Assembly (NCBI GenBank): GCA_963809205.1
Contig: CAWEIS010000028.1
Coordinates: 76,469-140,468 of the forward strand
DNA: 64,000 bases
Source: an uncultured Actinomycetes bacterium
GTDB lineage: Bacteria > Actinomycetota > Thermoleophilia > Gaiellales > JAICJC01
Direction: 5' to 3'
A program made the position numbers and the translations under genes. Of this stretch, positions 8,364 to 17,068 are shown piece after piece. How positions within the stretch are numbered: the first letter of the stretch is position 1; every line of letters starts with the position of its first letter. The notes beneath the pieces were generated by a model. The model had not been told where the DNA came from, did no database searches, and worked only from the letters and a program-made list of their open reading frames with translations.

Positions 8364-9488
8364 ATGGGGAACACACGTGCTCGCATCGTCATGGCCTTGC
8401 TGGTCGCGGCCCTCGCCGCGGTCATCTTCGGCACCACCGCGACGCCCGCCTTCGCGAATCACCGGATTGTCAAGTTCGGGGTGAAGAGCTTCGGCGCCAC
8501 GGGGAACGGCCATACGAACGACACGGGTGCTTTCCAGCGGGCCGTCGACGCGGCCCACCGGTCGCGCTACTTCGGCGTCGTCTGGGTGCCGCGCGGCACC
8601 TACGCGATCTCCGGCGTCTACATCGGCTCGGACGTCCACGTCTGGGTCGAGCCGGGCACGCGGATCGTGCTGGCCGGCGGCGCGATCAAGAACACGCCCG
8701 CCTTCTACTTCGCCAAGCAGGGCGTGTACTCGCGCACGTCGTCGGCGACCGGCTGGACGGTCAGCTCATCGGTGGTCGGCTATCACGGCCGGTTCACAAT
8801 CGACCTCACCAACGCCCCGACCACACGCAACCACGCCTTCAAGTTCATCAACGCGAAGCGCTTCCGCGTCGCGAATGTGAACATCGTGATGAACAACGCC
8901 AACAACATGGGCGGTTCGCCCTCCAGCTACGTCGCCGCGATGACGTTCCAGTCGAGCATGGCGTCCCGGTCCGGCGGCCCGTACTACCACCCGTTGTACG
9001 GCAGGATCGCGAACATCACCGTGTCGCACTCACCGTATGGGTTCGGCGCCGCGCAGATCACGAGCGGATCACGGCTTGTCTTCCGCAACATCGTGTCCTG
9101 GGGCGGCATCGGCCTGCGGTTCGAGACCGACACGCCGAACCCGAGCCGCGTCAACATCGTGCACGGCAGGGGCATCAGTTGCTTCAACGGGCACGCCGCG
9201 GTCAGCTTCTCGCCGCACAACCAGACGAACTACGCCGTCCACATGGTCGGCGTGCACGCGAACTCCTGCGAGAGCGGCGTGCGCGTGGCCGGCGGCGCGG
9301 GGCACTTCTACCGGTCGTCCGTGCGGGGCCTGTACGTGAACGGGGGCGGCGTCGCGCAGGTCGACAATCCGCGCGTCTCCAACCCCGCCATCGGCGCCTG
9401 GCTGACGGGCCGCTCGAAGGCGTGTGTCTCCAAGGGCGCGGGCATCCGGTACACGGTGTCGTTCTCGTACCTGCGCTGCGGACTCTGA
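8364..9488 (+). CDS. Secreted right-handed beta-helix protein (pectate-lyase superfamily / GH28- or GH55-like glycosidase)
   Basis: ATG 8364 lies behind GGGGAGG. Signal peptide 'MGNTRARIVMALLVAALAAVIFGTTATPAFA'. 'FGVKSFGATGNGHTNDTGAFQRAVDAA' is the typical N-terminal motif of Pectate_lyase_3-type proteins. The rest looks like repetitive beta-helix sequence. Confidence 0.7.
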   Translation: MGNTRARIVMALLVAALAAVIFGTTATPAFANHRIVKFGVKSFGATGNGHTNDTGAFQRAVDAAHRSRYFGVVWVPRGTYAISGVYIGSDVHVWVEPGTRIVLAGGAIKNTPAFYFAKQGVYSRTSSATGWTVSSSVVGYHGRFTIDLTNAPTTRNHAFKFINAKRFRVANVNIVMNNANNMGGSPSSYVAAMTFQSSMASRSGGPYYHPLYGRIANITVSHSPYGFGAAQITSGSRLVFRNIVSWGGIGLRFETDTPNPSRVNIVHGRGISCFNGHAAVSFSPHNQTNYAVHMVGVHANSCESGVRVAGGAGHFYRSSVRGLYVNGGGVAQVDNPRVSNPAIGAWLTGRSKACVSKGAGIRYTVSFSYLRCGL

Positions 9489-9524
9489 GACCAGCTCGGG
9501 CATAGACGGTACTAGGGTTGCCCG

Positions 9525-10505
9525 ATGGACTCGGGCACGCCCGGCGATGACCCCTCCCCGCCCCCGACAACCCGGCGGGCGCGCGTCGAGGCTCGCCTCG
9601 AGGCCGCGCGCGCCCTGCGCGACCGGCTCGAAGCGACGGTCGAGGACCGGCGCCAGGGCCGTGGGCCGGTCGACGCGTTGGCCGAGATCGTCGAGCGGGA
9701 TCTTGAGGTCGGCGGGGGCATCATGGCCGGGGCGCTGGCCTACCGGCTGTTCGTCTGGCTGTTGCCCCTCGCACTGGTCGTGGTGGGCGGCCTCGGCCTG
9801 GTCTCGGAAGCTGCGTCCAGCTCGCCTTCCGACGCCGCGTCGTCGTTCGGCGTGTCCGGCCTGGTGTCGTCATCCGTGGCGAATGCCGCTCGCAGCGGCG
9901 CCCGGGTGTATGCGCTGTTGATCGGCGTGCCGCTGCTGATGATCGCGACCCGCAGCGTCCTGCGCACGCTGATCGTGACCCATCGGCTGGCATGGACCGA
10001 CCTGCGATCGCGGACGCGCAAGCCGACATGGGGCGCGAGCGCGCGGCTGCTGGTCGCGCTGGTCGCGTACTTCCTGATCGCAGGAGTCTCCCACCGGGCC
10101 GAGCCGCTCCTCGGCCCGGGCGGGTTCCTGTTGACGATCCTGCTGATGGTGCCCTATGCCGCGCTGTGGCTGGCCGTCGCCGCCGAACTCCCCCGGCGCG
10201 ACGCGCCCTGGCAGGCGCTGGTGCCGGGGGCGGCGCTGTTCGCCGTCGGCGTCGAGGTGCTGCATCTCGTCACGGAGTTCTACATCGCGCCGCACACGGC
10301 GAACCTCGAGGGCACGTACGGCTCGTTGGGCGTCGCCGCGGCGCTGCTGCTCAGTCTGTTCCTGATCAGCCGGCTCGCGGTCAGCGCGGCGATCGTCAAC
10401 GCCACGCTCTGGGATCGGCGAACGCGCTCGGTCGCCCGACGGGCCGAGCGTCCCGACGCCGGCGGTCGCGCGGCCGAGCCGGAACCGCAGCCGCCCCCGG
10501 ACTGA
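9525..10505 (+). CDS. YihY/BrkB-family integral membrane protein
   Basis: 326-aa ORF. 'GGIMAGALAYRLFVWLLPLALV' and about 6 hydrophobic helices match the YihY/virulence factor BrkB family. Confidence 0.75.
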   Translation: MDSGTPGDDPSPPPTTRRARVEARLEAARALRDRLEATVEDRRQGRGPVDALAEIVERDLEVGGGIMAGALAYRLFVWLLPLALVVVGGLGLVSEAASSSPSDAASSFGVSGLVSSSVANAARSGARVYALLIGVPLLMIATRSVLRTLIVTHRLAWTDLRSRTRKPTWGASARLLVALVAYFLIAGVSHRAEPLLGPGGFLLTILLMVPYAALWLAVAAELPRRDAPWQALVPGAALFAVGVEVLHLVTEFYIAPHTANLEGTYGSLGVAAALLLSLFLISRLAVSAAIVNATLWDRRTRSVARRAERPDAGGRAAEPEPQPPPD

Positions 10506-10573
10506 GCCGGCCTGGGGGAGCCAGTCGCACCCGCCGGCTCGCCCCCAAACCGGGCGCTATGGTCCGAGGCCGC

Positions 10574-10646
10574 GCGCCCGTAGCTCAGGGGATAGAGCAC
10601 CAGACTTCGAATCTGGGTGTCGGAGGTTCGAATCCTCCCGGGCGCA
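10574..10646 (+). tRNA. tRNA-Arg: tRNA-Arg (anticodon UCG)
   Basis: GCGCCCGTAGCTCAGGGGATAGAGCACCAGACTTCGAATCTGGGTGTCGGAGGTTCGAATCCTCCCGGGCGCA. Anticodon loop CTTCGAA, full cloverleaf drawn by hand. Confidence 0.9.
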
Positions 10647-11275
10647 TCACCCGGAAACCACGAAACCGGCCAACCACGCCAAAACCGCACGGTTACGCGG
10701 GAAACCCGGCATCGGCGATTCCGCCATACGGCGCATAGATGCCGGGTTTGCACGCCGCGTACATACACCGGTGCAACACCGAGACCGGGCGCCGGCACGC
10801 CCTCGCCGGCCCGAACTCCCCCGACTCTAGACGCCCTCGCCGGCGACCTTCGAGCGACCGGCCGGCGCCGTCGAAGCGCGCCGCGTCGAACCCCACGCGC
10901 AGCGTTCGACCGGCGCACGCCGACGCCCTCGAACACGCCGGGTCGCACCCTGCACATTTGTGCAAGCCGGCGCACAGCCTAGAAACGCGCCGGCGCCGAT
11001 GGCCGCGGACAAGGCGAGGCCGCCCATGCGGGACGGCCTCAATGCGTCTTCCCAAACGCAACCGCGACCGAAAGGTCGGGTGCCGGCAGCGATCGGCCGC
11101 AGGAAACGCGGCCCGGAGCATCGGACCAAGCGTGCGATTGTGGGATATGATACGTTCGCGGTCGCGGAGTCGTTCTGGGCAGGGTCCGATGCGGCGGGGG
11201 TAACGCATCGGTCGCGAATGGGAGTGATGTGCCGGGTCGACTCCGCGTTGCGGAATCCAATAGAAGGAGGACGAT

Positions 11276-12097
11276 ATGCGGAGGCTCCGGATATTGGTGG
11301 CGACGGTGGTCGGCTGTCTGGCGTGGGGGGTTGGGTCGGCCGCGGCGGCGACTCCCTCTCCCTTGTACGACAGCCTGCCGCCCGATGGCACGATTTCGGT
11401 TGTGTCGGTCGGCGAGGAGTCCCAACAGTTCAATCAGTTTGGAAACGAGGTGATCCTGACCAAGTCGACGACGGTCGCGAAAATGTCGGTGACTCTGGTC
11501 TCCCACGCTTGCCAGACTGGCAACGGAACCGACTGTCACACGGACGTTGGTGCGACGTTCCCGACCCTGTTCGCCCTGAACCTGTATAGGCACAGCACCA
11601 CCAACCCGAACACGGGCGAAGTGACGCCGGGAACGAAGATCCTGACCTACACAAAGACGGCCAACATCAAGTTCCGGCCGTCCGCCGATCCGACCTGCGG
11701 AGATCCGACGCTCTACAGAGGTTCGGATGGCAACTGCTATAGCGGTGTCAAGCAAAACGTTGTGTTCGATTTCCCCAATAGGAAGCTACCCATCGATGTC
11801 GTTTGGGGAGTCAGCTTCAACACCGACCACCAGGGTCCGAGCCCAATCGGTGGGACGGGCGCGCCTCAAGATAGTTTGAATTTCGGCCTCACTGCAGCGG
11901 TGAAGACAGGACTTAACCGCTCCGACGACTCGGTCTTCTGGGACACAAGCACCCTGGCGCTGTCCTGCGCAGACCCGACCGACGGCAACAGCGGCCCATT
12001 CGTCACCGGCGAATTCAACAGGGACGGCCCCTGCGACGGTACGACCAACTCGTGGGCACACCTGATCCCTGGCGCGAAGTTCACGCCGGCCGGCTGA
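11276..12097 (+). CDS. Secreted Cys-containing hypothetical protein
   Basis: ATG follows AGAAGGAGGA. Signal peptide 'MRRLRILVATVVGCLAWGVGSAAAA'. 273 aa with no family I recognise. Local GC is about 52-58%. Confidence 0.7.
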   Translation: MRRLRILVATVVGCLAWGVGSAAAATPSPLYDSLPPDGTISVVSVGEESQQFNQFGNEVILTKSTTVAKMSVTLVSHACQTGNGTDCHTDVGATFPTLFALNLYRHSTTNPNTGEVTPGTKILTYTKTANIKFRPSADPTCGDPTLYRGSDGNCYSGVKQNVVFDFPNRKLPIDVVWGVSFNTDHQGPSPIGGTGAPQDSLNFGLTAAVKTGLNRSDDSVFWDTSTLALSCADPTDGNSGPFVTGEFNRDGPCDGTTNSWAHLIPGAKFTPAG

Positions 12098-12108
12098 CAC
12101 AACTGCCC

Positions 12109-12137
12109 GGGTCGGCTCGGAACGGCCGAGCCGACCC
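12109..12137. terminator. GC-rich hairpin between convergent genes (bidirectional terminator candidate)
   Basis: GGGTCGGCTCGG-AACGG-CCGAGCCGACCC, a 12-bp perfect stem located between stop 12097 (+) and stop 12183 (-). Confidence 0.5.
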
Positions 12138-12182
12138 GTCGGCCATCTTCGGAGTGGCCGCCGACCGGGCCGAGAATAGAGA

Positions 12183-12668
12183 TCAGCTCAGCGCTTGGCA
12201 GAACGGCTCGTTGCCGCCCTCAACCACGGTATGCGGGCCGGCCACCTTGATCACCTCGCCGGTGTCGTCGTTGAAGATGACCAAGCCGGTGTCGTGGATG
12301 ACGTTCGCGCCCTTCCCGCCGACGCCCATGAACACCTGGCCTGTGGTTCGCCGAATGCCGGTGCGCAGGTCAACTGTCACCGTGTATGAGCCCTTCACAC
12401 GAACGGTCTTCCCCGTCTCGGAGTTGGTATCCGTCTCGCGTTGCAGGACCTTGGCACGTTCGATGATCGGGTTGCCGTCCGCATCGATGAACGTCGTTGC
12501 CGTGATCCGTACAATGCCGGCGAAATCATCGCTGAAACTGCCGCAGTCCACGCTGTCCGAAAACAAGAAGCTGTCGGACTCGCGTTGAGGCGTGGTCGCG
12601 CTAGCAGGAGCCGCGACCACCAGCATCATTCCTATCGCGAAACCAACACTGAGGATGGTGCGCCGCAA
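12183..12668 (-). CDS. Secreted hypothetical protein
   Basis: Track ORF 12183..12794. Start placed at TTG 12668, 6 nt after AAGGAGG, giving signal peptide 'RRTILSVGFAIGMMLVVAAPASA'. ATG 12701 is an alternative start. Confidence 0.65.
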   Translation of the reverse strand: MRRTILSVGFAIGMMLVVAAPASATTPQRESDSFLFSDSVDCGSFSDDFAGIVRITATTFIDADGNPIIERAKVLQRETDTNSETGKTVRVKGSYTVTVDLRTGIRRTTGQVFMGVGGKGANVIHDTGLVIFNDDTGEVIKVAGPHTVVEGGNEPFCQALS

Positions 12669-13047
12669 GGGGAGCCTCCTTGATCGTGTGAAATGACACA
12701 TTCTCACACACATTCGCCGGGTGCAATCAGTCAGGAGTGCCGAGCCCCAACCGCCGCGCCAACGCGGCGCCATCGGCAGCAACTGCCACGTCACTATCTA
12801 TCTGGAGAATGAGCCGCCGGCGCGTCCGCGGCTACAAGCGGCAGTTCGCGGCGATCGCGAAACAAGCTCGCGCGTGTCTTCCCGGACTTCTGAACTCGAG
12901 GTCTTCGCAGAACGACACCACTTCAACCCGCCACACCGCGCCGAACCTGCGCGGCTCGCCGCGTCGCTGCGACGCGTCTGGCACCGGGCTGAGCGCGCGC
13001 ATCGTAGAAGCCATCTCATCAACGATCCAGCTCTGATGCCGGGTGCG

Positions 13048-13380
13048 CTAGCCACTCTTGGGAGGGAGCGTGCGAGCGTACTCGGCGGCCTGATCGACCC
13101 ATCGGGCGATCGCCACGCCTCGCAATCCCGCCTGCTCGACGTACACCATCGAATGCATCGGCCGGCCGGTGAAGTCCATAGCAGCCACATGCGGCCTGGA
13201 CAACGCCGCCGCCGCGCCCTCGTCCCCGAGCCGCAACATCAGCCGGTCACCAACCACCCCGGCGCACATGTGGCCATGCAGCATGAAGCACAGCCCGCCG
13301 AACATCTTCTGCTCGCGGTAGCCCGGATCAGCCTGCAGCAGCTCGCGCACCCGCTCGGCCAGTAGCTCGTCGTATGCCAC
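13048..13380 (-). CDS. TfoX/Sxy N-terminal-domain protein
   Basis: 110 aa. 'LAERVRELL...REQKMFGGLCFMLHGHMCAGVVGDRLMLRL' is the TfoX_N signature. Confidence 0.75.
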   Translation of the reverse strand: MAYDELLAERVRELLQADPGYREQKMFGGLCFMLHGHMCAGVVGDRLMLRLGDEGAAAALSRPHVAAMDFTGRPMHSMVYVEQAGLRGVAIARWVDQAAEYARTLPPKSG

Positions 13381-13694
13381 CCCGACACCCTGACGGCTTG
13401 CCGATCACCGTCGCCAAGGATCACCATTGCAGGTTGCGGCGATCGTCGTGCCCGGCGGAGGATGTCCATCGAGGTCTTGGCTGGCGGCGGTTGCCAGTGG
13501 GGCGGTGACGGACGTGGAGACTAGGCGGCTGTGGCCGACACAACCGCCCTTTTCGCCGTTGCGCTCGCGGGCGTGAGTTGTGTCGCCAGCGCCGCCTCCG
13601 CCGTGTACTTTCCGCTCACAAGCGAGACTATCGAGCCCGCCACCAAGCGGAGGAGGCAAAGCATCAGTCAGAACACGCCGACCGGCTGGCACTG

Positions 13695-14086
13695 ATGCAC
13701 AGCAACCTCGAGATGTACTCCCGCTTCCGCGAGACGCGCAACCAGTTCCTGAGGTTCCCGAATCTGCCAAACGGAATGGCGGGACACACCAGCCACGCTT
13801 CCGTACGAGATGCTTCGACGCCTGCGAAGGATGGACAGACTCCATCGCCGTGCGCGCGGCAATGAACACCATGCAGGACATCTACTTCCTGCGAAAGGAC
13901 CGCATCGTCACCGACACTGGCACGTCTGGACAAACACATTCTTCCGCTTCTACTCCAAAATGCCGACCTTCCTCAAAGTGTTCGAGTTCGCCGCCGAAGA
14001 AGGGATTGCTGCACCCAGAGTTCGTCGCCTTCTTCCGTCCCCTGATCGACGGCCAATCATTGAGCGACCCCGCCACCCGGGGCTAG
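13695..14086 (+). pseudogene. Decayed ORF of unknown family whose coding-like segments switch frame
   Basis: GC3-rich peptide stretches occur in three different frames with no single open frame: 'MHSNLEMYSRFRETRNQFLRF', 'MQDIYFLRKDRIVTDTG', 'WTNTFFRFYSKMPTFLKVFEFAAEEG' and 'LLHPEFVAFFRPLIDGQ'. Confidence 0.3.
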
Positions 14087-14160
14087 ATCCGCCACTTGCG
14101 GGAGGCTCTCTGCCTGCGCGCGCCGAGGACATCAGGCTGGCGCTCCATCTGTGGGTCACC

Positions 14161-15290
14161 TCATGGCGTATCCGCTGCCTGCTCCGACAGAGGCACCCGG
14201 CGGAACAGCGTCCAGAAGCCGAGGTCGTAGACGGACTTGACGCGCCGGCGATCACGAACGGTGCGCCGATCAGGTTGGCCTGGACGAGCAGGCCGGTGAG
14301 CAGCGGGCTGACCGGGCGGACGGCGTAGCGGGCGCTGTTGGTGTAGGCGGCTGCGGCGGTGCGCTCGTCGGGGTCGACGACGGCGACGACGTAGGCCTGG
14401 CGGGTCGGGACGTCCATCTGCGAGAGCGCGAAGCGGCCGAGCAGCAGCGCGATCGCGGTCGCCAGGTTCGGCGCGAAGGCGACGGCGGCGAGCAGGAGGT
14501 TCGAGGGCAGGTGGGTGAAGACCATCGTGCGGAGCAGGCCGATCCGGCCGGCGAGCCGCACGGCGGCCTGGAACGAGACCGCTTGGAGGATGCCGATCGA
14601 GAAGAAGACGAGCGCCGAGCGTCTCGGCGATGGCGCCGTAGCGGCGGGCGAACAGGTAGGCGATGAGGCGTTGCGGGACGAAGCCGCCGCCGAAGCTGTC
14701 GAGCGCGAACAGCGCCGCCAGCCGCTGGACGATCGAGCGCGACGCGTGCAGCGGCGGCGCGGCTCGGCCGTCGAGCTCGTGCCCGCGCTCGACGCCGGCT
14801 GAGAGGCCGGCGGCGATCGGCAGCGCCGGCAGCGCGAGCGAGCGGGTAGATCGAGCAGCCAGCGCGGCGGACGTCGGCCGAGCGCCAGACGCGACCAGCG
14901 CCGCGCCGAGCGAGCCGGCGAGCGTGGCGACCGTGTTGTAGCGGCCGAACAGCCGCGTCGGATCGTGCCCGCCGTCGTGTGCGGGAGCATCGCCTGCTCG
15001 AGCGAGGTGAACGGGCCCGGACTCGACGACGTCGGTCGAGACGGTGCCGGTGAGCGCGGCCAGGATCAGCGCCGGCGGCCAGTGGTGAGCGCGAACACCG
15101 TGCCCGGCGAGCGCCATCACGACGAGCAGAGCCGGTAGCAGCGGCGCCGGCCGATGCGGTCGCCGTAGCGGCCGAGGAGCGAGCGAGGCGAGGCGCTGCC
15201 GACGAGCAGGCGGCGAGGACGAGGCCGACCGCGAGGCCGGAGAGTCCGCGTCGGCGAGCTGACGCCGATCAGGACGCTGCCGGCCCGTAG
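14161..15290 (-). pseudogene. MFS-type transporter with multiple frameshifts
   Basis: Clearly MFS-like membrane segments are split over at least 3 frames. '...FGRYNTVATLAGSLGAALVA...LFALDSFGGGFVPQRLIAYLF' is in the frame of ORF 14161..15960. 'ALVFFSIGILQAVSFQAAVRLAGRIGLLRTMVFTHLPSNLLLAAVAF...LLGRFALSQMDVPTRQAYVVAVV' is in the frame of ORF 13950..14990. The tail 'VKSVYDLGFWTLFRRVPLSEQ' returns to the first frame. Confidence 0.7.
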
Positions 15291-15356
15291 GCGACGGCGC
15301 GCAGGGCCTGGACGCGGATGATCCGCGTCGCATCGGCGACGGCTCGTGGTGGCTGG

Positions 15357-15795
15357 TCAGCTGGCGGCGACCTGGTGGTGGCACCAGGCGTAGAGGGCGT
15401 CGTAGACGGGCAGGCTCCGCGTCGAGCTGCCGTGGTCGTCGGCTTCGAGCAGTGGAAGCCCTCGGCGATGGCCAGCAGGCCCGGGCGACTGGCGGGTGGC
15501 GTCGCGGTCGTCGGCGATGTCGGCGCCGTGCACGATCCGCGCCAGCCGCTGCACGGCCGGGTCGCTCGAGGTCGTACTCGTCGATGAGCACCTCGAAGCG
15601 TGCAGAGGCCGTCGCGGTGGGTGTAGCGTCGCGCCGGGCGCGTCGAAGGAGTGCGCGCCTTCGCGCTCGGCGACCGTCGAGCACCTGGTCGGCGGGGACG
15701 TAGAGGAACTCGGCGTCGGGGTCGATGAACTTGCGGATCAGCCAGGGGCAGGCGATCCGGTCGGTCTTGGGGCGGTCGCGGGTGACCCATTTCAT
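15357..15795 (-). pseudogene. ChrB C-terminal-domain paralog with at least 5 single-nt frameshifts
   Basis: GAGGAG + ATG at 15795. Homology to the intact paralog 16643..17068 can be followed through frame switches: MKWVTRDRPKTDRIACPWLIRKFIDPDAEFLYVPADQVLD | VAEREGAHSFDAPGATL | THRDGLCT | FEVLIDEYDLE | DPAVQRLARIVHGADIADDRDATRQSPG | LLAIAEGFH | LLEADDHGSSTRSLPVYDALYAW. Confidence 0.75.
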
Positions 15796-16120
15796 GGCTG
15801 CTCCTCTTCGGGCAGCGCCGTGACCGAGGTTGAGGTAGCCGCCGGCGACGTCGTAGCGGGTGATCGGCCGGTAGTCGACCGCCTGGTGCACATCGGAGGC
15901 GGTGAGGCGGTCGCGGTCAGGTGTGGCGATCCAGGCGTCGAACACCTCATGCCCGGCCAACGGTGATCACCACGGTGTCGCCCTCACCGTCGGACGGTTC
16001 GAGCACGAGCTCGGCGAGGATGCCGTGCGCCTCGCGGACCTCGCGGCCCTCGGCGATCCAGGCCAGGTAGCGCTCGCGCTCCCGGCGGGGACGCTCGACG
16101 GTGCGCAGGCAGACGATCAT
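15792..16120 (-). pseudogene. ABM-like (antibiotic-biosynthesis-monooxygenase-like) small protein, frameshifted
   Basis: GAGGAGG + ATG at 16120 opens 57 intact codons (MIVCLRTVERPRRERERYLAWIAEGREVREAHGILAELVLEPSDGEGDTVVITVGRA*, stop at 15947). The next frame continues GC3-rich with 'HEVFDAWIATPDRDRLTASDVHQAVDYRPITRYDV'. A third frame ends '...LPEEEQP*' in an ATGA overlap with the next gene. Confidence 0.5.
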
Positions 16121-16190
16121 GAGTCGCCTCCTCTGAGTGGTGTAACCAGGGTTGCAGTATGCTCCTCGGGTGGGGACTTCGCAATGGGTG

Positions 16191-16646
16191 ATGCTCGCCT
16201 ACCGCTTGCCGCGCACACCATCGACGCCGCGCATCGCGCTGTGGCGCAAGCTGCGCCGCCTCGGCGTCGCCCAGATCGTGGACGGCGTCGTAGCACTGCC
16301 GGCGACAGCGGACACGCGTGAGCAGTTGGAGTGGCTGGCAGAGGATGTGGTCGAGGCGAACGGCGAGGCGACGATCTGGCTGGCCGAGCCGGCCACGGCG
16401 GCCGAGCACCGCCGCCTCGCCGCGTCGATGACCGAGCGGATCGACGCCGAGTACCGCACGATCACAGGCGAGGCGCAGTCGACTGTCGGCCGGCCGGCGA
16501 CGGAGCGGCGCCGCACCCTCGCTCGGCTGCGGCGAGAGCTCCGCCGGGTCGGCACCCGCCAACACTTCCCCACCGATCAGGCGCAGGTGGCGCGGGACGC
16601 GGTGGAGGCCCTGGCAGACGCAGTGGCTTCGGAGGCGGCGGCGTGA
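16191..16646 (+). CDS. ChrB N-terminal-domain protein (chromate-resistance regulator-like)
   Basis: 'MLAYRLPRTPSTPRIALWRKLRRLGVAQIVDGVVALPA' is the ChrB_N signature. Track ORF starts at 16152; ATG 16191 is preferred. Confidence 0.7.
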   Translation: MLAYRLPRTPSTPRIALWRKLRRLGVAQIVDGVVALPATADTREQLEWLAEDVVEANGEATIWLAEPATAAEHRRLAASMTERIDAEYRTITGEAQSTVGRPATERRRTLARLRRELRRVGTRQHFPTDQAQVARDAVEALADAVASEAAA

Positions 16647-17068
16647 TCTGGGCGACCCGCCGGCATGTCCACATCGACCGCACCGCCTGCGCGTGGCTGC
16701 TGCGCCGCTTCGTCGATCCGGACGCCGAGTTCGTGTTCGTCGACGATCCCGACGAGGTACCGGCGGGCGCGACGCCGTTTGATATGCGCGGCGCGGAGCT
16801 CGGCCACCGCGACGGCCGTTGCTCCTTCGAGAACATCCTCATCCGCTACCAAATCGACGATCCCGCGCTTGAGCGGATCGGGCAACTCGTCCACGAGGCG
16901 GACATCGCGGATGAGCGCTACGACGCGCCCGAGGCGCCTGGCATCGACGCGCTATTGCGCGGTCTCGCGCTGACCGCGGGCGGTGACCAGCAGCTGATCG
17001 ACCAGACTGCGCCGCTTTACGACGCGCTCTACAGCCTGTGGAGTGGCACCGGATGGCGGCCAGCGTGA
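16643..17068 (+). CDS. ChrB C-terminal-domain protein (chromate-resistance exported-protein family)
   Basis: GTG 16643 overlaps the upstream stop (GTGA). 'VIWATRRHVHIDRTACAWLLRRFVDPDAEFVFV...LVHEADIADERYDAPEAPG...APLYDALYSLW'. Confidence 0.7.
   Translation: MIWATRRHVHIDRTACAWLLRRFVDPDAEFVFVDDPDEVPAGATPFDMRGAELGHRDGRCSFENILIRYQIDDPALERIGQLVHEADIADERYDAPEAPGIDALLRGLALTAGGDQQLIDQTAPLYDALYSLWSGTGWRPA

Noticed and set aside
10574-10646. Direct repeats of the tRNA-Arg (also tRNA-His and tRNA-Leu) 3' ends that would delimit an integrated element.
   Set aside because: I could not find a second copy of 15 nt or more of any tRNA 3' end by eye anywhere in the window. A computational search is needed before claiming an att site.
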